Shown: piece after piece, positions 36,870-49,889 of the stretch
How the letters are laid out: each line of letters opens with the position of its first letter
Numbering within the stretch: the stretch's first letter is position 1
Assembly: GCF_006345805.1 (NCBI RefSeq)
Contig: NC_043010.1
Location: 1,364,001-1,428,000 of the forward strand
Source of the DNA: Octopus sinensis
Lineage: Eukaryota
DNA length: 64,000 nucleotides
Direction: 5' to 3'
Made by a program: the position numbers and the translations under genes
Notes under the pieces: model-generated
Databases searched by the model: none
Told to the model about the DNA's origin: nothing
Seen by the model: only the letters and a program-made list of their open reading frames with translations

Positions 36870-38340
36870 AGCATGAGGTAAAATGCAAGAAGGCCTAAGA
36901 TTGTTCACGAATTCCATCTGGTATTACTGATGGTTGGAAATTTCTGAAACTTGATGAAAGGTAGGTCTTGGTTTTCATGGAAGAAACTGAGGGGATGGGT
37001 TAAGTGGAAAAGAAACTTTATATCTCTTCAGCCAGCTTGATCTTCAATGACATGAGTTCCATTCTGGAAGGAGTATTGGCGTTCTTCATAACTTGTCATG
37101 AGTTCTTTGATAATATATATATTTGATGTTGGGTGAATTGTTTGCGCCTACTAGCTCCTTATCCATAACAACGCGCAGGATTCTGTCCAAGACATGGTGT
37201 TGGCAGCTCATGAATTGTGGTTTGTCATAGCCATTGCTCAATAAAATTCTCTACAGTCTAACCACTACCCAACTCCTTCATCCTGTATTCTCGCTCGTCC
37301 AGCTATAATCATTGAGATTGTGCTCCACAAGTGAAATTCGTCCAATACGCTTTTCAAACCTTCTGCAATGGTCTCAGCCTTGTCATCACACAGCTTCAGA
37401 GCAGCCAGCTTGGTTTCTCTTGTTTCATTCTTGATGACAACCGTTTGATATTCATTTCCATCAATATGTTTACCATTGAAATTCAGGTTCCATTTCTGAC
37501 TGCGTAGCGCATCGAACAAAGTGTTTCTTCATTTCACCAGCTTTCTTGAAGAGTGCCTTGTAAATGTCTCGCTGACTACGAGTTGGGATATCAATGACCT
37601 CTTTTGACAAATGTTTGCAGATTTTCGCAGCTTTATTGGCAGAGACATTTGTTCTAGTTACAAGTCTCGTAACAATTTCAAATTTATTGTGCCTTCTTAT
37701 GGATTAATAAGTACCATCACTATCACTATCGTTTTGATCAACTCTGTCATCTTCACCATAATTATACTCTTCAATCTGATCTTCTTCAGAGTCACTGTCA
37801 GTATCACGGGCTTTTGGGTTTGATAAAGAATGAGAAGCTTCAGCATTAGAGCATCTACTTCTCTTTGAAGGAAGGATAGTGTGCTTACCTGCAGCTTTAC
37901 CTGTCGAATATCCCACCTTGCCTTTGCTTTGGAGTCGGATGGAGTACAATTTTTTGTCATCAGTATTGAGCCATTTACCGTGAACTTTGGTGATATCGAA
38001 TGGCTCCAATTTTCCCTTATAAGCGCATCTGTCATACAAATGAAGCATATTTTCGAGCTTGAACCGTATTGCTTCCCGGAAATGATTGGAAAATTCAGTT
38101 TATCTCTCCACAGTAGTGTCACCTCTCTTGATAATTCTGCCACTCCTTTCTGCCTTTAATTTATTTCGCAAGGAGCTGGCACCGACCAACAATCTGCTCC
38201 TCGAGTGGCACTCGGCTTCTGCTGGTCAGTGAGGCTTCTTCTCCATGACCTCTAAATGAAACCGACTCGAACTGCATCAAATTTCTCCTCCACTTCTCCT
38301 TGTTCTTCTGAACAACTTCGAAGCTTTTCTTGGTGACATA
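36870..38340 (-). mobile_element. hAT-like (hATm-type) DDE transposase remnant
   Basis: HIDGNEYQTVVIKN...KAETIAEGLKSVLDEFHLWSTISMIIA, then KPQFMSCQHHVLDRILR (CxxH) and SNTRWNS; acidic linker upstream; fragmented. Confidence 0.6.
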
Positions 38341-38674
38341 CCGCTAGCAGTCATATAGAACTAACACTGAAACCGAAACAACAAGGGTGAAAATGAAAGA
38401 AGAACTTAATTATTTGTTCCATGACTAAGAAAGATGGTTCAGCAATACAAACTAATCACCACTGAAGTTTTATAAACGCTAAGAATTTATTGAAAGCCAA
38501 GAGTGCGATGCAACCTTGCCCATATTCAAACATGTTTTACATAAGAATACAAACATGGATTCATGGGTGAAGATAGCTCAAAAGTGAGTTCACTTCAGTT
38601 ACTTATGCATAAAATAGGATTCAGGGAAAAATTAAAAAGTAGTACCTCCTAATACATACACACATACATACATG

Positions 38675-38728
<54 letters not shown>

Positions 38729-39029
38729 AATATAACATAAGTTCCTGCTTAGCTTCAAACGACCGAGGTGGTATCTCCTGCTAAGAGCCGAAATCACACC
38801 AAAACACCGTGTTTGTTAGTCTTTTGACTTCAACGCCAAATATAAATGGAGTCAATTTGTTATTACTACGTATAAATTCTGTTATGAGGATCATTTTTCA
38901 AGAAAAATCCTACGGCGAATGCCTCCATCGTCTGGTGTGCAGGACCCACGTTATGCATCCCTATATACATACATGCATGCATGCGAACGTTCTATCTACC
39001 TACCTCCTACACACACACACATACACACA

Positions 39030-39060
<31 letters not shown>

Positions 39061-39086
39061 CACAACACACACACACACACACACAC

Positions 39087-39117
<31 letters not shown>

Positions 39118-39465
39118 CACACACACAAATCATGCGCACATACACACTCGCATATATATACATATAATTAAGGCCAGCGGGTGGGAATCGTTAGCACGTC
39201 GGATCAAATGCTTAACGACATTCCTTCCGGCTCTTTATGTTGTGTGTTCACATACCGCTGAGGTAATCTTTGCTTTTTGTCCCTTCGTGGTTGATAAAAT
39301 AAAGAACTAGTCGAGAACAGGGGCCGATGTAATCGACCTGTCCCTTTTCCGTTGAGTTGCTGTCCTTGAACCGTTCAGAGCGAGTGTTATAATTGCGGTC
39401 ACTTGTGCCCCATAGAAATCGGATAATTGGTCTTAAGACCCCAACCATTCAATATACATATATAT

Positions 39466-39533
<68 letters not shown>

Positions 39534-39535
39534 CT

Positions 39536-39933
39536 GGCGCAGGAGTGACTGTGTGATAAGTAGCTTGCTTAACAACCACATGGTTCGGAGTTCAGTCCCA
39601 CTGCGTGGCACCTTGGGTAAGTGTCTTCTGCTGCAGTCTCGAGCCAACCAAAGCCTTGTAAGTGAATTTGCTAGACGGAAACTGAAATAAGCCCGCCGTA
39701 TATATGTATATATATATATATATTATATATATATATGTGCGTGTATAAGTTTGTGTGTCTGTGTTTGACCCTCCAGCATCGCTAAGTTACGTCCCCGTAA
39801 CTTAGCGGTTCGGCAAAAGAGACCGATAGAATAAGTACTAGGCTTCCAAAGAATAAGTCCTGGGTTCGATTTGCTCGACTAAAGGCGGTACGATAGCATG
39901 GCCGCAGTCAAATGACTGAAGCAAGTAAAAGAG
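39536..39933 (+). mobile_element. Family B SINE, near full length
   Basis: ggcgcaggagtgactgtgtg head, B box ggagttcagtccc, CORE-like ggcaccttgggtaagtgtcttc, (TA)n, second module to gcaagtaaaagag. Confidence 0.85.
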
Positions 39934-40422
39934 TACACACACACACACATATATATGTGTGTGTGTGTGTGCGTGTGTGTGTGTATGTGTGTATGTATAT
40001 ATATATATATATATATATATTCGATCAAATCTCCTGCGAGTTAACATGGAATCCTTTGATGACGATGTAAACTTCATTTGATTAATACATGGCCTGACGA
40101 TTAGCTAGCAGATTATCCCTCGTTTAGGTATTTACTACTTCTGTCATCATGAAACATATGCAACCTGGATTTTATCTATTCCATTCACTAAATTTGGATT
40201 TTTATTCGCACAAACAGCAACCCCGGCTGCTAACCGTGAACTATAAAATAACTTTTTCAGCTTCTCGAACATCGATATGGGAAAATTTACAACCTTTTAT
40301 GTTAGTAAGCCACTCTTGTTCCTGAAAGTTGCTTTTTATACCTTCTATGGACTACTCGAAACTTACTAACTTCCTACACTTTGATCCTTGGATCTTACCT
40401 TATATGGCGACAACAGAAAGTC

Positions 40423-41238
40423 ATGGAACAGCAGAATCGTTCTGCGATTGTTGTTTTGGCACGCGCCGAACGCGTTGCCAATAAAATTGGGAAGTTGACG
40501 AAACTTCCAAAAGCAACAGTTTATCATGTGTATAAACAAGTTAAAGAAGAACGAAAGATTGATGGGAAAGATTACAAGACTCGAAGTTATTCCAAGCGAA
40601 ATCTGAAGATTCTCGCTGGCCTCAAATGCTCGATTGAAGGTAACCCATCTGCATACATATCTCTTGCAAAGAAACGCAATTTGTCTCCTTCAACGGTGTC
40701 CAGAGCTATGAACAGGAACTTTGGTACGACTAGCTCTGTTCGATGAAGCCGTCACCTCCTACCAGCCAATGCCAAAGGAATCAGAGCCGAGAGATGCCCA
40801 AACTTCGGTCATTCATCAAGCATAAAGGTGCAGGAAAAACTCTCGTGTTTGTGGACGAGAAGTTCACTGCTGACGTTGAGATGGATCGCAGAAATTCTCG
40901 AGTGATTGCATACAACCTTTCTGACATCCCCGCTGTGTTTGAGATTAAGATAGTTGGAGCTGTGGCGAATGATGGAAGTGTCATTGATCCACACTTCATT
41001 GATTGTGGCTTGAAGATCGGCACAGAGGAGGATTCTCTGTTACCTTGGATGGCGCTGAAGTTTGGGCTTCACAATGTGGTGCTTATTCAGGATTCTGCAC
41101 CATGCAAAGGGTCAAAAGCAACACAGGCCTTCCTTGGTGAGAAGGTACCGTTTTAGTGAGGGCTAACATAAGGCCCAGTACTTGCCCAGATCTCAACTTT
41201 CTCGACTACTTTTTATGAAGCGTACTTCAAGCAAAAGT
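40423..41238 (+). mobile_element. IS630/Tc1/mariner transposase remnant, about DD37D (maT-like)
   Basis: HTH N-terminus from ATG 40423; catalytic FVDEK, QDSAP and PDLNFLDY; about 37 residues between the second and third D, counted across one frameshift. Confidence 0.75.
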
Positions 41239-41649
41239 GACCACTGCGAAATTTGAACACCGAACGTTAAGATGTACGAAATGGCGCTTAAGTTTTTTGC
41301 CCGGCGTGGCAACGATTCTTCCAATTCGTCGCCTTTCAAATGTTACTCATATCAATAAAACATCATCGTGCCATACATACCTTAACTTCGAGAAGCACTC
41401 AACTATTTCCTTCAAAATTGCATCGTTTGTTTGGCTCATTGTCATCGATGATCTCCTCCGGCGAAAGCATATCATCAATATAGCTAGGATTGTATCTTAA
41501 CGAATGACCCGTCTCTTGAGAACTAGAGAATATTGCATCCCAGTACAGTTAATTATACTCTACAAAGCTCAGATGAGGACCACAATACAGCGCTGTTCCC
41601 ACATCTTGGATGGCGCTGCTGCTGTTGTTTTTGTACTGATTTTTTTTAT

Positions 41650-42059
41650 CTTTCACTAGTTTCAGTCATTAGACTGCGACCATGCTGGGGCACCATCTTG
41701 AAGAATCTTTAATCGAATAAATCCAACCCCTGTACAACTTTTTTTTAAATTCTTAAAACTTGGTACTTATTCTATCGGTCTGCTGCCGAAACGCTAGATG
41801 ACAGGTACGTAAACAAACCAACATCGGTTGTCAAGCGATGGTGAGGAACAAACATAAGCACAAAGACAAACACGCACACACACACACACACATGCATGCA
41901 CACACAAAGACACATACGACGGGCTTCTTTCAGTTCCCGTCTATCAAATCCACTCACAAAGATCTGGCCGGCTTTGCTCAAGGTGCCACGCAGTGGGATT
42001 GAACCCAGAACCATGTGCTTGGGAATCACACTTCTTAGCACACAGCCATGCCTGCGCCT
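41650..42059 (-). mobile_element. Family B SINE
   Basis: Homology to 39536-39933 in reverse orientation. Confidence 0.8.
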
Positions 42060-42298
42060 AGCATACACAGATACCCTGCACCACATCAAGTCACTCAAAG
42101 ACAATCACCAGCCTTTGGTACTCCGGGGAGCTGTCTCTTCTCTTCCTCGTCTATAGCAACTATAACTGCTTCTTCTCTTTGGAGCTGGCGGAGCTCATGC
42201 TACCCGCCACCCCACAAAAACTTCCCCAACACTTTGCAGAATCCTCATTTTATTACTCCTGCTATGTGCAACGTCTCCAGGATCCACATTACAAAAGA

Positions 42299-42888
42299 CC
42301 TATTTCTTTACTACCCACAAGGGGCTAAACACAGAGGGGACAAACAAGGACAGACAAACATATTAAGTCGATTATATCGACCCTAGTACGTAACTGGTAC
42401 TTATTTACTCGACACCGAAAGGATGAAAGGCAAAGTCGACCTCAGCGGAATTTGAACTCAGAACGTAGCGGCAGACGAAATACCTATTTCTTTACTACCC
42501 ACAACGGGCTAAACACAGAGGGGACAAACAAGGACAGACAAACATATTAAGTCGATTATATCGACCCAGTACGTAACTGGTACTTATTTACTCGACCCCG
42601 AAAGGATGAAAGGCAAAGTCGACCTCAGCGGAATTTGAACTCAGAACGTAGCGGCAGACGAAATACCTATTTCTTTACTACCCACAAGGGGCTAAACACA
42701 GAGGGGACAAACAAGGACAGACAAATAGATTAAGTCGATTACATCGACCCCAGTGCGTAACTGGTATTTAATTTATCGACCCCGAAAGGATGAAAGGCAA
42801 AGTCGACCTCGGTGGAATTTGAACTCAGAACGTAACGGCAGACGAAATACAGCTACGCATTTCGCCCGGCGTGCTAACGTTTCTGCCA
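42299..42888 (-). mobile_element. Family A SINE trimer (head plus three ~184-bp bodies)
   Basis: Units start at 42299, 42483 and 42666 on the plus strand; junction gacgaaata|cctatttc. Confidence 0.9.
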
Positions 42889-43196
42889 GACCAAAAGGAA
42901 CATTAGTGGCATCATACATATACACATATATGCTTCCATACCCATACACATGTGTATGTGTGTGTGCGTAAGTATGTATGTATATATGCATGTAGGCCTG
43001 TACGCAGGTTTGTATGTAGAAAGTGAAGCAGTTAGGTCGCTGTGTATATCATGGATGAATGAAAGGACGAGCGGTGAGATGGAACTGTCGTATTTACACC
43101 GAGTTTCTGCTGATTTCTTTATAACCACCGAATACAATTCAAGACAAATTTTCTGGACATTACAGCAGTTGTTCGATGTCATTACTGTCTTTAGGG

Positions 43197-43239
<43 letters not shown>

Positions 43240-43570
43240 GATTGTAGTAGTAGTAGTAGTAGTAGTAGTAGTTGTTGTTGTCTTCTTCTTCTTCTTCTTC
43301 TTCTTCTTCTTCTCCTTCTTCTTCTCATTTTTATAATCAAGTAATTCAATTAAGCACCCAGTTGGACTGGCTACTAAGTCTTATAATCTCCTGACCTGAC
43401 AAAGTGTCAGAAATAGGATCCGAAACGCCGACCCGTTTTTGTGGAGAGATTCGCTTCTCTGACCATTCGGCCATCTGCCACGAGAGAAGACCTTAGAGTC
43501 AGGTGGAACCGAAGCAAAGAGTCACGTGATTGCGAAGTTATCAAAAACATAGACTTGCTTTTAGGCACAC

Positions 43571-43603
<33 letters not shown>

Positions 43604-43715
43604 ATACATACACATTCTCTCTCTCTTACACCCACATTCTCTCTCACACACAAACAATCTTTCTCCTCTTCTCTCTCCCACAAATATTCTCTCTCTCTCT
43701 CTCTCTCTCTCTTAC

Positions 43716-43749
<34 letters not shown>

Positions 43750-43789
43750 AACACGCATTTTTTCACACTTAGACACACACGTGCGCAAC

Positions 43790-44700
43790 AGTGTGGCCAC
43801 CTAACCATTATCCCCATCACCATCACTATCGTTACCGCCACCACGACTACCACGACGACACTCACCATGACCACCACGATGACCACCACCACCTCCTGTA
43901 ACACCAATACGAATAACACTACTACCACCATCACCATCGCCACAAACATCTAATCACACAACCACCACAAATATGATCACCACCACAACCACCACTACGA
44001 ATACTTCCACTACCGTCACCAGCACCACCATCACCACAACCACTATAAACAACACTACCACCTCTAACACAACCACAACCACCATTGCCATAACCACCAC
44101 CACCACCACCACCCACTACAAACAACACTACCACTTCTACCACAACCACAACCACCACCATTCACCACCACCATAAACAAAACTATCACCACTACCACAA
44201 CTACTACAATGACCACTATCGCGACCACCACCACCACCGCCAGCACCACCACAACCACCACCACCATTACCATAACCACCACTACAACCACAATCATCAC
44301 CACCATCACCACCACCACCACCATCACTGCATCAACCGATACCATCATTTCTAGAATCACCACCATCACTACCATCGTGACCATCACCACCGTCGGCGCA
44401 GCTGGGACTTCAACTTCGACCTCTACAAACACCAACACCACCACCTCAATATCCACTACCACCACAACCACCACAACCACCACCAACAACAACAACAACA
44501 ATAAAAGCAACAACACCAGCCTCACAACCACCAACAACAAAAATGACAACAAAAAGTCAACAATACCTATGCCATCAGGCTACCATCAACATCACTAGCA
44601 CCATCATTATCTCAACATCATCCACCACCACCACCATTACTACCATTTTCACCATCACCACCAAAGGCCACTGTTTCCATTTTTACAAACGGCAGCACAA
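43790..44700. repeat. Degenerate (ACC/ACT/AAC)n trinucleotide low-complexity tract
   Basis: Directly visible. Confidence 0.9.
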
Positions 44701-45180
44701 GTTTTCCATTCACACACATACTAATAGCATAAGCCTACACACACACGCACACACACACACACACACACAACACACACACACACACACACACAAACAAACA
44801 AACTAAGGTAACCTACTCCTTTCGAGAATTGTCTTGTCAAGCAGAATGAAATAGTCTCAGGAGCGGTAACAACAACAATAACAACAACAATAATAGAAAC
44901 ATATCCTCATCAGCATCATCATCACCATCGTTATCGTCATCAACAGCAGCAGTAACAAGAACAAAACAGCAGCAGCAGCAGCAGCAGAAATGGTAGTAGC
45001 CATCTTGATTGTCTCAATCTATATTCATGACATAAGGATTACAACTCCCGACTAAAGGATCACACGCAATGATTGGATAGCATCGATTTTATACACACAT
45101 ATACAAATGTATGCATATGTATACTAGCATATATACATATACGCATAAATATATATACATATGTATATGTGTGTATATAT

Positions 45181-45245
<65 letters not shown>

Positions 45246-46314
45246 ACAATTATATGTACACACATACACACATATATACATACAGATATATATGCATGTA
45301 TATATGCATTTATTCATACAATTTATGTATGTATATACATATATATGTATGTATATAGACATGTATAAGCATATATATACGCATATATGCATGCATACAT
45401 ATATAAATGCATAAATGTATGCACATACACGTATATATATATATATGCCTGTGTGTTTGCATGTATATATGTATGTTTATATGTATCAGTTGAATAGCTT
45501 CCGAAGCATCGAGATGTTTCGTAAAGTAACTTGTGGTAAATATTCCATATTTTCTTTATGTCTTCCCGTTTGTTTAATTGACTTAGACATAAAAGCATAG
45601 CGCCGACTACCTGTTTAGTAGTTGATCACTCTCAGCGACTAAATACCTCCTTTAAATGAACAGTAACGCCACTGCATAATCTCATCTGCGTCTCCTCATT
45701 ATATTGCTCCTGGCATCAACCTGGAGAACACTCTAGCAATATTTTTATTAGATTTTCAAAACATAAATACATATATGCTGTAACGGTAGAACTCGAAGAA
45801 GATAACGCTATAGTACCTTGTCGAACATTGGGTATAAAAAAATCCCTTGAATTGAAAAAACTTTGAAGGCTTACTGCGAGACTGGAACCCACAGCTTTTG
45901 TAGTCACGACAACTGTGCCAGCAGCTCTCCTAATTTCCTCGATCAGTTTTGAGGGGTATACTTTTACACGCAAGAATTGCTTGCTGTTTACATTATAGCA
46001 ATTATTTTTATTTCTTAGAAACTACGAGAGATAGGAAATTTTTTCACCCAAATGCTCAACATTTTCATATTTATAACTTTATCTAACTCGAGTTGCAACG
46101 TTAAAACGATTTATTTTGTACCTCGTGAAGTTAGAAAAAAAATTCTTATAATGAAAACAACGAACAATTTTTGCTGGTAAGAACAAAGCTTTGAAGGATT
46201 GCTTTGGCATAATGGTAGCACGTCTGTCATTCCCACAGAAGCTGTTGATTCGAGCAGCTATGTATTATACGTGTGTGCATGAACCCCTCCAGTTTATATA
46301 TATATGTGTATAGT

Positions 46315-46316
46315 TG

Positions 46317-46383
<67 letters not shown>

Positions 46384-46384
46384 G

Positions 46385-46435
<51 letters not shown>

Positions 46436-46436
46436 G

Positions 46437-46487
<51 letters not shown>
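46315..46487. repeat. (TCTA)n microsatellite
   Basis: Directly visible. Confidence 0.95.
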
Positions 46488-46959
46488 GATATTTAATAGA
46501 ATTATATTATTTTGCGCTACCATAGGTTTCTAGCAGAATAAACTGCATTTATTCAACTGGAGCTTGAAGTATTCATGATACTCTTGTCAAATTAATGACG
46601 ATATATCGTTCATTCTTTAAAACTCTGGCTGAATAGATGCAATTTGTCCTGCAAGAAAACTATGGTACCGAGAAATACCGCAATTCTTTAAAACAAAATT
46701 ATCGATCCACCCGACCAGTATTGATTACACGTTGTTTCTGTTCATTACGAACGAGTGTCTGCTTGTGTAAGGAACTTTGAATTGCTATTCCCGTTTATCA
46801 GATTCATTCATCACCGATCCAGGATCCCTCTGTGCGCTCAGTTGTGATAACAAGGATCGACGATCAAATATTCTGCTTGGTCCGGAAAAGCGCGCAGCAC
46901 TTACCAGCTACAATACACAGTTACCTAGAATGCACTGAATATCTATCGTGTTTACGTCA

Positions 46960-47524
46960 AGGCAGCGAGCTGGAAGAAACGTTAGCAGGCCAGGCGAAAT
47001 GCTTTACGGTATTTCGTCTGCCGTTACGTTCTGTGTTCAAATTCCGCTGAGGTCGACTTTGCCTTTCATCCTTTCGGGGTTGATTAAATAAGTACCAGTT
47101 ACGCACTAGGGTCGATAAAGTCGACTTAATCCGTTTGTCTGTCCTTGTTTAGCCCCTTGTGAGTAGTAAAGAAATAGGTATTTCATCTGCCGTTACGCTC
47201 TGAGTTCAAATTCCGCCGAGGTCGACTTTGGCTTTCATCCTTTCGGGGTCGTTAAATAAAGTACCAGTTACGCAATGGGGTCGATATAATCGACTTAATC
47301 CGTTTGTCTGTCCTTGTTTGTTTCCTCTGTGTTTAGCCCCTTGTGGGTAATAAAGAAATAGGTATTTCCTTTGCCGCTACGTTCTGAGTTCAAATTCCGC
47401 CGAGGTCGACTTTACCTTTCATACTTTCGGAATCGATAAATTAAGTACCAGTTGCATACTGGGGTCGATCTGATCGACTGGCCCCCTCCTCCCAAATTTC
47501 AGGCCTTGTGCTTTTAACTGAAAG
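46960..47524 (+). mobile_element. Family A SINE trimer with 23-bp TSD
   Basis: Junctions gaaatagg|tatttc at ~47178 and ~47362; last unit carries the canonical tail; TSD gaatatct(a/g)tcgtgtttacgtca at 46937-46959 and 47525-47547. Confidence 0.9.
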
Positions 47525-47674
47525 GAATATCTGTCGTGTTTACGTCATTGTGCTGCGAGGCTGTGTGTTTTTTATAGGGATTTATGTACACGCACTCATC
47601 AATAAAGACAAAATATGAAGGCACCTGAACTTAAAAAACGTCGTCAAATATGTGTTCATTATTTGCTGTTTAGA

Positions 47675-48075
47675 ATCGTTAGTACGCCAGGCGGAATCTT
47701 TAGCGGTATTTCGTCTGTCTTCTGGATTCAAATTCCACCGCGGTCGACTTTATATTTCATCCTTTCGGTGTCGACAAAATAAGTACCAGTTGAGTACTGG
47801 TGTCGATGTAATCGATTATCCCCATTCATCCAAATTTCAGGCCTTTTGCCTATATTAGAAATGATTATTTATTGATTATCTAAGGAGGTGAATAGACAGA
47901 ATTTTTAGCACGCCGAACGAAATACTTAGTTTGCATTTCGTCCGTCTTTACGTTCTGAGTTCAAATTCCGCTGAGCTCGACTTTGCCTTTCATCTTTTTG
48001 GGGTTGATAAAATAAGTACTAGTCATGTACTGGGGTTGATGTAATTTCAGGCTTTGTTCCCTTAATAGAAAGAAC
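47675..48075 (+). mobile_element. Two adjacent older family A SINE copies
   Basis: Two heads (~47675 and ~47895), each with a B box and canonical tail. Confidence 0.7.
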
Positions 48076-48893
48076 TATTTATTGATCGTATGTAATTAAA
48101 TTTTACTTCAAATATTATTTTGAGCATGAAACAATATCATCATGTGTATTTAAAAAAAAAATATATACTGTTTAGAGATGTTCATTATTTGGGTAAGTTA
48201 GTGGGGACAAGTTGGGGTCTCGGGACAAAACCCTTTGTTTTCTATAATTAGCCATCAGCCAGATGCTCTCCCTCTGTCCTGATGTCTGCTTGCCAAGGCT
48301 TTTCAGTTACCTCTGTGTTGTTATGCTTGCATATACGATCAGCCTGACTCTGCAACCAGTATATTCTAAATAACTAAACGCCCGTGCTAAATGAGAATAG
48401 AAGTATTATACATTTAAGAGAATAAAACGCAATATTCCTAAACTGAGTAAAAATTCGATGTCTATGCTTATACTTCCAGCTCACAGCTGTCCGCTTTCCA
48501 GTGGAAATTCTGACGATGCATTGGATAATTGAGTCTGAATAAATGATGAAAATGTCATGGATGGAACGTCTGACGTTTCGTGGCAACACACAACTCCATA
48601 TACTAAATCAATGAACCAATCTACCACAACTACTTCCACTTCGACCATCGTCATCAATATCCTAGAAGGAGTTGCTAAATCTCCCTCAAATGAAACCAAA
48701 TCTTCAGAAACAGTATATATATATATATATATATATTGCCGTGCGGTTCGACAAATTATATTTTGATGTACTCTACTGACGTTCTTGGCGTGCTGAATTC
48801 ATTCTTGAGAACAATTCCTTGGTGGTTGATTCCCTTTGCGGATCTATATCTAGCGTTAGAGCGTCCACATAGTGGATTCTCTCTTATTGTTTT

Positions 48894-48997
<104 letters not shown>

Positions 48998-49022
48998 TCT
49001 GTGTGTGTGTGTGTGTGTGTAT

Positions 49023-49148
49023 AGGGAGAGTTTACGAAAAAAACAAAAGACGAAGACAGGTGGTGTACAAAACAAACAGATATATTAGTATAACGCTCAG
49101 GAATAGAAAAAGTCTTTTACGTTTCGAGCTTACGCTCTTCTACAGAAT
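49023..49148 (-). mobile_element. Microsatellite-embedded element with hammerhead-like motif (copy 4)
   Basis: Nearly identical to 25478-25604; minus 49148-49114 ctgtaga-a-gagc(gtaa)gctc-gaaa-cgta. Confidence 0.65.
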
Positions 49149-49181
49149 ATATATATATGTGTGTGTGTGTGTATGTATACA

Positions 49182-49727
49182 CAGGGTTGTTTTTTAAAAA
49201 TGAACCGATTTCATTACGCAATATTTTAATAAGGAAAACCAATAGAAAACTCCGAGTCACAAATATTTACTCACAATCAACTTTTATTTTCTGTCTTACA
49301 AGTGTTCAATGTGGCCACCACCTGCAGCAATTGTAGCATCAATGCGATAAGAGAATTCTTCCCAGACGCGTATCTGTCTGGCCTGCGAGATCCCCAGACT
49401 TCACCGTGTGTGATTTTTTCTTGTGAGGATATGTTAAAGATTGCGTTCATGTACCACCGCTACCCACCAACCTCGATGACCTTAAACATCGAATAACAAC
49501 TGCGATCCACTCAGTGGACCGTGATATACTGATACACGTCTGGGAAGAATTCCCTTATCGCATTGATGTTGCCCCTGCTGCAGGTGGTGGCCACATTGAA
49601 CGCTTGTAAGACAGGAAATATAAGTTGGTTGTGAGTAAATACTTGGGACTTAGCTGGAGTTTTCTATTGCTTTTCCTTATTAAAATATTGCGTAATGAAA
49701 TCGAGTCATTCTTTTTGAATAACCCTG
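49182..49727. mobile_element. Fold-back MITE built from the 3' end of a Tc1/rosa-like transposon
   Basis: Arms 49182-49374 and 49531-49727 are inverted, with CAGGG/CCCTG termini and TA on the right. Plus strand encodes WPARSPDFTVCDFFL*GYVKD...GGGHIERL*. Confidence 0.85.
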
Positions 49728-49889
49728 TATATATATGTGTGTGTGTGTGCGTGTATACATATAAGTATGTATATATACACACATATTTATATATATATAT
49801 ATATATATACATACATACATGCATATATACATACATACATGCATACATACATGCATGCATATACATATATGTATGTGTGTATGTATGTA

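Noticed and set aside
43400-43440. Hammerhead-like ctgacaa...cgaaac (also 4430-4455 and 16645-16675)
   Set aside because: Core mismatches and no coherent stem II or stem I.
43790-44700. Mucin-like Thr-rich ORFs (also 51400-52200)
   Set aside because: Degenerate (ACC)n-type microsatellite open in several frames on both strands; no splice or domain support.
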